From: a virus
Reading direction: 5' to 3' (one strand)
IMG/VR virus record: IMGVR_UViG_3300010965_000427
Location: 57,728-121,727 of that record
DNA: 64,000 nt
The notes under the pieces are model-generated. The model ran no database searches and was not told the origin of the DNA. It saw only the letters and a list, made by a program, of their open reading frames with translations. Made by a program: the position numbers and the translations under genes. Of this stretch, positions 59,113-64,000 are shown one piece after another (the first letter of the stretch is position 1; each line of letters begins with the position of its first letter).

Positions 59113-60570
59113 ATGATAAAAGAAAACGCAATAACTGCTTCAATGAATTATGCCGGTTATTTATCCTCCAATAATAAAGCAATTCAGCCCATATCCAATA
59201 CTCCTATGGCAGAACTTGTCAGATTATCAAATTTATCTACAATTGAAAGTTTAGTATTAGATGAAAAAGAATTTGGACATTATGTCGAAACAGCCACAAC
59301 TAATAGAGGGGTTTTAATTGACGAATCCCGACCATCTATGCATGATTGTTATATGAATTCAATTATTAATGACATTAGCAAAGCTACATTAACTCACATT
59401 AGTTTTGCAAAAAACGTAGCTGTTCCAATTATAGAGGCTTATTCAACAGCAGTTTCTTCTGCATTGGAAAGTATTAAAAATTCTAGTCCGACATCTTTAT
59501 TTTCCATAGAGTTAATTGACATTCCAGATCTTTTTGGAGACAGAAGCTTTACTGCGTTATTTGATCGCTACAATTCAAAAACGCCGGTTATTCCAAATTT
59601 TTCGGTCGAAATTGCAACAGAATATTTGCCAGAAAAAATGATTGAAATGATGCATTTTGGGGAAAGCGGATTAGATCATTTAATAGATACATGGTACGCT
59701 AGTAAGCCGCCTTCTTTATTTGCTGAAATTTGGAATACATTTTTCGGTTTTTCACATGAAATGAATCTTTTAAATAAATTGGAAACATCTGGAGTTCGTT
59801 TTTATGAAAAAATAGACATAGGGCTGGCGCTATATTTATTAGGTAGAAAATTGTATGATCAGCCAGAAGCAACTCGCAATGCAATACCGCTCAGCAATTA
59901 CAGAGAGAAAGTGTCGGCCGTTCGTGATTTCGGAGGAGCGCTTGTTTCTAGTAATCTACTCCAATATAAATTAATAGAAAAAGGATCTTTTTTAGTTATA
60001 GATATAAATGAAAAAGCCAAAAGTTGCACCGTGGCTGGCCCAATATACCGGGACTGGTTAAGTAAAAACGGAGCACCGGAAATATTATTTGGTTTAATTA
60101 TTTCTGGAAATTATTATAGAACTATCGAAAAAATAGATGATAATAGAGACGCGCTATTAAGCCAATGGGCCACATATTCCGGCATTTCAAAAGCTACTGA
60201 AATCAATCTGCAATTTAAAATATTTGTATCGGTTTTAGAAACTGAGTTTCTAAGGCTAATGTCGGCATTAACAGATGAAGAAAAAACTTATGAAATGAAA
60301 TACCCTAATTATAGAACACTAGTCAAAACCTATTTAGAGGAAGAATTAAAAAACACTACCAAACAAGACATGGTTTGTATTTATAAAACTGCCAAGAGAA
60401 TAATTTGCAAAGCCAGATTATACTATACTGGATCTAATGAAATTCTTTCTAGCATTGAAGATTCGGAATTCAATAATCCGTCCATTTCTCCAAGAGAAGC
60501 CGCTTTGATTGCTACCATCTATTATATTGCCGACTATATAACGCAACAATTAGTTATTGAACAGTTCTAA
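59113..60570 (+). CDS. conserved protein, phiKZ gp177-like
   Basis: AAGGAG SD; H...A.N...P and Y..WL..G..PE.L.G motifs; synteny. Confidence 0.65.
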   Translation: MIKENAITASMNYAGYLSSNNKAIQPISNTPMAELVRLSNLSTIESLVLDEKEFGHYVETATTNRGVLIDESRPSMHDCYMNSIINDISKATLTHISFAKNVAVPIIEAYSTAVSSALESIKNSSPTSLFSIELIDIPDLFGDRSFTALFDRYNSKTPVIPNFSVEIATEYLPEKMIEMMHFGESGLDHLIDTWYASKPPSLFAEIWNTFFGFSHEMNLLNKLETSGVRFYEKIDIGLALYLLGRKLYDQPEATRNAIPLSNYREKVSAVRDFGGALVSSNLLQYKLIEKGSFLVIDINEKAKSCTVAGPIYRDWLSKNGAPEILFGLIISGNYYRTIEKIDDNRDALLSQWATYSGISKATEINLQFKIFVSVLETEFLRLMSALTDEEKTYEMKYPNYRTLVKTYLEEELKNTTKQDMVCIYKTAKRIICKARLYYTGSNEILSSIEDSEFNNPSISPREAALIATIYYIADYITQQLVIEQF

Positions 60571-60571
60571 A

Positions 60572-61291
60572 ATGTTGCCGAGTTATCGGCGCGACGCGGC
60601 CTTCGTACGTTCAAAACTTAAGGAAGTTCCTGAATCTACGATGGTCGCTATTTCGCCTTGCCATATTCATTTACCAAAAAGATTTGTCAATTGTGGGTTA
60701 GCGTCCATAGATGATGAAATATTTATACACGGGACATATGCTCTTATCGTAGAAGAATGTTATGCTGTTTCAAATGTTACGGCAATGGTTAATATATGCC
60801 CAACTCGAATTCTAGATTTGGTTATTGATGAAGTAGATTATTACGATTTCTGGTTTGAACCCGGAGATAAAGTCATTGGAAATCTTAATGTGATTAAGAG
60901 AGATTCTCTTATTTTTACACTATTGGAAGAATTAATTATTAAAGCAAACATTCCCTGGTATATGTCTTACGATGACCTAGGAAAATTATTTGATTTAGCA
61001 AAAGACTACGCTGCATCAAATGTTGGAGAATTATCAGAAATCATTGAATTTATTGTTTCGTTAGTGAGCAGAAAACCAAATGACAGAATTCATTATTATA
61101 GAACATTAAAACCTGAGCTAATGAAAGAAAAAAGTATTCTTCCAGAATATATCCCACTAACAAATGTTTTTTATGCAGCTACAAATACTGTAAATAAATT
61201 AGCTGGAAACTATTTTAATAACGGAATTATAAGTTCATTAATTACTAAAACAAATCAAATTGAACACTTAGAATCTCTTTTAACAGCCTAA
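60572..61291 (+). CDS. conserved virion protein, phiKZ gp176-like (candidate vRNAP-associated)
   Basis: RDA..V...L, IPWYM.Y.D..KLF..A..YA, NKLAG.YF..G; synteny between the gp177-like gene and the protease. Confidence 0.65.
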   Translation: MLPSYRRDAAFVRSKLKEVPESTMVAISPCHIHLPKRFVNCGLASIDDEIFIHGTYALIVEECYAVSNVTAMVNICPTRILDLVIDEVDYYDFWFEPGDKVIGNLNVIKRDSLIFTLLEELIIKANIPWYMSYDDLGKLFDLAKDYAASNVGELSEIIEFIVSLVSRKPNDRIHYYRTLKPELMKEKSILPEYIPLTNVFYAATNTVNKLAGNYFNNGIISSLITKTNQIEHLESLLTA

Positions 61292-61313
61292 TGAAAACCT
61301 TGAGGCATAAGAA

Positions 61314-62072
61314 ATGGATAAGGTAAAATTTACTGCAACGGCTTTGTTAGGAGGGAAAACAGGAATATTGCCAAAAGATTCAGACGGTTATTATACATTG
61401 CCAGTTGGAGGGTTAAATGTATATAATAATTTAGGAGAATTTTACACTCTTGAGGGAGCAAAAGAGCTATTTACCGATTCTAGTTATTTCATGAGACGTG
61501 TGTCTTCTAGATGTCTAAAGGCCGAGGTTGGACATCCAAAACAAACCATCGGAATGACTATAAAAGATTATATTAGAAGAATATTAACAATCGATCCAAA
61601 TAATGTTTGCGGGCATTTTAAAGAAGTTTGGTTAGATACGGAGTTTGGCAAGAAACAGTCTGATCCAAAACATAATGCAACTGTAGCAATAATGGCTAAG
61701 GTAAAGCCAGCTGGAGAAAAATCGCTTGTATTAGAATCGGCATTAAATGACCCGCATGAAAATGTGTGTTTTTCAATTAGAGCATTAACAAACGATTATT
61801 TTAAAGCGGCGCAAAAATTCAGAGTTCTTGACACCATAGTAACTTTTGATTATGTTATTGAGCCGGGAATATCCTATGCAACCAAATACAATTCCCCTTC
61901 TTTGGAAAGTCGAGAAGAGCAGATTTTATTAATAGAACAGTTGGAAAGTCTATATGAAGAAAAATTAAATTGCCCCGTTTCTTTAGAATCAAAAGAACTA
62001 ATAGACGATATTGTAAAAAATATAAATTCTAGAAAAATAAAAACAAAAAAACCTGTTTATACAAGTTGGTAA
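61314..62072 (+). CDS. prohead (head maturation) protease, phiKZ gp175-like
   Basis: AEVGHP (catalytic His), FSIRA (catalytic Ser), TFD.V.EPGI; C-terminal SLES self-cleavage-type motifs. Confidence 0.87.
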   Translation: MDKVKFTATALLGGKTGILPKDSDGYYTLPVGGLNVYNNLGEFYTLEGAKELFTDSSYFMRRVSSRCLKAEVGHPKQTIGMTIKDYIRRILTIDPNNVCGHFKEVWLDTEFGKKQSDPKHNATVAIMAKVKPAGEKSLVLESALNDPHENVCFSIRALTNDYFKAAQKFRVLDTIVTFDYVIEPGISYATKYNSPSLESREEQILLIEQLESLYEEKLNCPVSLESKELIDDIVKNINSRKIKTKKPVYTSW

Positions 62073-62095
62073 TATTGGAAAAAAATAGAATGTTA

Positions 62096-62135
62096 CTAAA
62101 GCGCTTTGAGCTATTTATAGCTCAAAGCGCTTTAG
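62096..62135 (+). terminator. terminator hairpin after the vRNAP/protease operon
   Basis: 18-bp stem CTAAAGCGCTTTGAGCTA/TAGCTCAAAGCGCTTTAG. Confidence 0.8.
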
Positions 62136-62173
62136 CCAGAAGTAATAATATTTTTTTTAAAAAAAAAATAAAT

Positions 62174-62210
62174 AAACATATATATTTAATACGGCTATTT
62201 AAATAAAGCC
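62174..62210 (+). promoter_or_regulatory. putative early promoter motif plus hairpin
   Basis: AAACATATATATTTAAT followed by GGCT...AGCC. Confidence 0.55.
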
Positions 62211-62245
62211 AAAATTTCTTTTAAACGACTCGGAGAAAACATATC

Positions 62246-62596
62246 ATGAATGCAGTTACAAATAAAGAACCTTTGGTTCATTGGACAAAAAGCGGCCTAG
62301 TTTATTTTGGCCAATTAACTAAATACGACAGTGAAACTGACAATGTGATCGTTTATGCCATCCTAGCCATCCGTGAAAAAATACTGTCAAGATCGGAAGA
62401 CAATGTTATATCTAAGGAAGGAAAAAACGAAATTGTAAGAAATTCGGAAATGTTTATCCGAGGGGCAATGTTTTCCGCATTAAAGACAAACCCTATTTTG
62501 TCAGATTTTAATAGGCTGGGAAACATTTATTGGAGATTTCTCCCAAAGCATTGGGAGATCAAAGATTCCTATCAGACAACTGTGATTGTTATCTAG
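62246..62596 (+). CDS. hypothetical protein (116 aa), single-gene cassette
   Basis: GGAG SD; flanked by a promoter-like motif and a terminator. Confidence 0.75.
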   Translation: MNAVTNKEPLVHWTKSGLVYFGQLTKYDSETDNVIVYAILAIREKILSRSEDNVISKEGKNEIVRNSEMFIRGAMFSALKTNPILSDFNRLGNIYWRFLPKHWEIKDSYQTTVIVI

Positions 62597-62602
62597 CGAA
62601 TA

Positions 62603-62656
62603 CAAAGCACGTTTGCTGTTTCGGCAAATGTGCTTTGAACAATTTTATTTTTTTTG
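62603..62656 (+). terminator. intrinsic terminator
   Basis: CAAAGCACGTTTGC/GCAAATGTGCTTTG stem with one G:U pair, followed by a T run. Confidence 0.8.
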
Positions 62657-62681
62657 GTTAAATCCGTATTCGAAAATAAAA

Positions 62682-62724
62682 TAGTCACATATAAATAAAT
62701 CGAACTATTGTCATTCAGTGTTTC
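62682..62724 (+). promoter_or_regulatory. putative early promoter motif
   Basis: AGTCACATATAAATAAAT is nearly identical to the copies at 63402 and 63934. Confidence 0.65.
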
Positions 62725-62760
62725 AACATTGAAAGCCATCAACTTATTCGGAGAGCTGCC

Positions 62761-63306
62761 GTGCATACTTCACCGATTTTCATTTTTAATGATCTTCGAG
62801 CAATAAAAACCGACGCACCATTTCCAGTGTTTGTAACCGAAGATAAACAATTACTCAGGTTAACTGGCGGCGGGCTCACCTGCGTGTTTAACGAAGAACC
62901 AGCAATCGTTTTGCATAAAAAAATGCTTGGAAAAGGAGCAAAGTTCAGGGAAGCAGTGTTATGGCACGAAGCCGGCCATTTACTTCTCAAGCATGAGCAA
63001 ACCGCCAATGTATTTAAAGAGTGTGTGCGAGAAGCTAACGCTGACTTAGTAGCGACTTCTAAAGTCGGGCTATGGGCAGTTGTAGTTCTTGTGCTAACAG
63101 TAACTGTGTGGGCGTTTAAAAACTCCGTCAAAAGCTTTGACGATACTCTTATGGAAATAACCAAAGACAACCTAGCGCTGGGAATTGCGGTCGCGTTTCC
63201 ATCTGGAGTTGAACTATTATCAAGGTCTGTAAGAATAGCCGCCGTGCTGAGTCTCAGACTTTTGTCTTTGTTTCTGTTATTTTCCATGAAAAAAATCAAA
63301 AGCTAA
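62761..63306 (+). CDS. putative membrane-anchored zincin metallopeptidase
   Basis: HEAGH motif with a downstream E..AD third-ligand motif; hydrophobic C-terminal helices; GTG start with GGAG SD. Confidence 0.65.
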   Translation: MHTSPIFIFNDLRAIKTDAPFPVFVTEDKQLLRLTGGGLTCVFNEEPAIVLHKKMLGKGAKFREAVLWHEAGHLLLKHEQTANVFKECVREANADLVATSKVGLWAVVVLVLTVTVWAFKNSVKSFDDTLMEITKDNLALGIAVAFPSGVELLSRSVRIAAVLSLRLLSLFLLFSMKKIKS

Positions 63307-63401
63307 ACTAACTCAGTTAAAAACTAAAAAAATAGTTTTCATTTCAGCTCTTGTGCTTAAGGTGAAAATTATTTTTTTTAGCTAATGTTGAAAAATAAAA
63401 C

Positions 63402-63468
63402 AGTCACATATAAACAAATAGACATAACCTTACTATGATTGTAAGAGTGTCTCAATTTGACCGGAGAG
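63402..63468 (+). repeat. 67-bp leader (promoter motif, hairpin, RBS), copy 1
   Basis: 63 of 67 positions identical to 63934-64000. Confidence 0.9.
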
Positions 63469-63472
63469 CAAC

Positions 63473-63868
63473 ATGACTAAATTACCGAAAGCCATTTTTG
63501 GCAAAAACCGTCCGATGGCAATGGCAATATTGCTATGGTTGAGTATAAACGTGCTGTCCTGTTTCATTATGGGCTTTATGATTTTCTGGCTATCAGAAGT
63601 CACTCTCATAAACGGAATAGCCGCAACAATGGCTGCCCACATCGCAACGGATCTCTGGCTACAGGCCAGAAGCTGTTCAGGCGAAGACTACCTGGAAATG
63701 ACGGTGTCGGAAAAAAGAAAAATGTTAATGGAACTAGGAGTCGTGGTAGCGGTCGTTATGGCAACTGCAATAGGGGCTCCTGGCTTGGTGACCGCTGGAC
63801 TATTTACGGCGCTTCTGATTGTACTCGCTCTTCCGTCATATTCAAGAAACGAGGTCTCATCGTTCTAA
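63473..63868 (+). CDS. small multi-pass membrane protein (131 aa)
   Basis: GGAG SD; about four hydrophobic helices. Confidence 0.75.
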   Translation: MTKLPKAIFGKNRPMAMAILLWLSINVLSCFIMGFMIFWLSEVTLINGIAATMAAHIATDLWLQARSCSGEDYLEMTVSEKRKMLMELGVVVAVVMATAIGAPGLVTAGLFTALLIVLALPSYSRNEVSSF

Positions 63869-63871
63869 GCC

Positions 63872-63921
63872 GCGTCTGGACGCCATTACTGGCGTCCAGA
63901 TGCCAATATTGTTTTTTTTTT
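63872..63921 (+). terminator. intrinsic terminator
   Basis: TCTGGACGCCA/TGGCGTCCAGA stem with a T run downstream. Confidence 0.8.
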
Positions 63922-63933
63922 GCAAAAAAAAAT

Positions 63934-64000
63934 AGTCACATATAAACAAATAGACATAACCTTATCATAATGGTAAGAGTGTCTCAATTTGACCGGAGAG
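63934..64000 (+). repeat. 67-bp leader, copy 2 (its gene lies beyond the window)
   Basis: Ends in the GGAGAG RBS at the window edge. Confidence 0.9.

Noticed and set aside
62739-63299. 186-aa antisense ORF
   Set aside because: It shadows the plus-strand HExxH gene, which has the SD, the promoter motif and the same orientation as its neighbours.
63535-63945. 136-aa alternative-frame ORF
   Set aside because: No SD, and it runs through the terminator and poly-T/poly-A tract; 63473-63868 is the better call.
1-64000. Alternative genetic code (stop-codon reassignment)
   Set aside because: Core genes are full length in code 11, and TAA, TAG and TGA all end genes at sensible positions (e.g. TAG 5707-5709, TGA 7176-7178).
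63402-64000. CRISPR array
   Set aside because: Only two 67-bp copies about 530 bp apart with a gene between them; no repeat-spacer periodicity and no cas genes.

Overview
This AT-rich window is a segment of a phiKZ-related (Chimalliviridae-like) jumbo phage genome in the standard genetic code. The core genes match the phiKZ-type layout: portal, virion proteins, RuvC, SbcC/Rad50, RNase H, UvsX/RecA, three split virion RNA polymerase subunits, a 2368-aa tail muramidase and a gp175-type prohead protease. The phiKZ gp equivalences come from recalled motifs and synteny, not from a database search. Five things stand out. (1) Four tandem putative tail adhesins end in seven-bladed FG-GAP (integrin-alpha-like) propellers; three have a gp131-type anchor and four FN3 domains. 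(2) An accessory island at 24.4-26.7 kb carries a pyrE with a rewritten catalytic loop, two winged-helix proteins and a DUF1874/AcrIII-1-like protein. (3) A GC-rich NADAR/T4-30.3-like gene has a long acidic tail. (4) An ACATATA motif, often followed by a hairpin, recurs upstream of non-structural genes, including a 67-bp duplicated leader at the right end. (5) Several loop-less perfect palindromes lie between genes. No tRNA, CRISPR array or transposase was seen.
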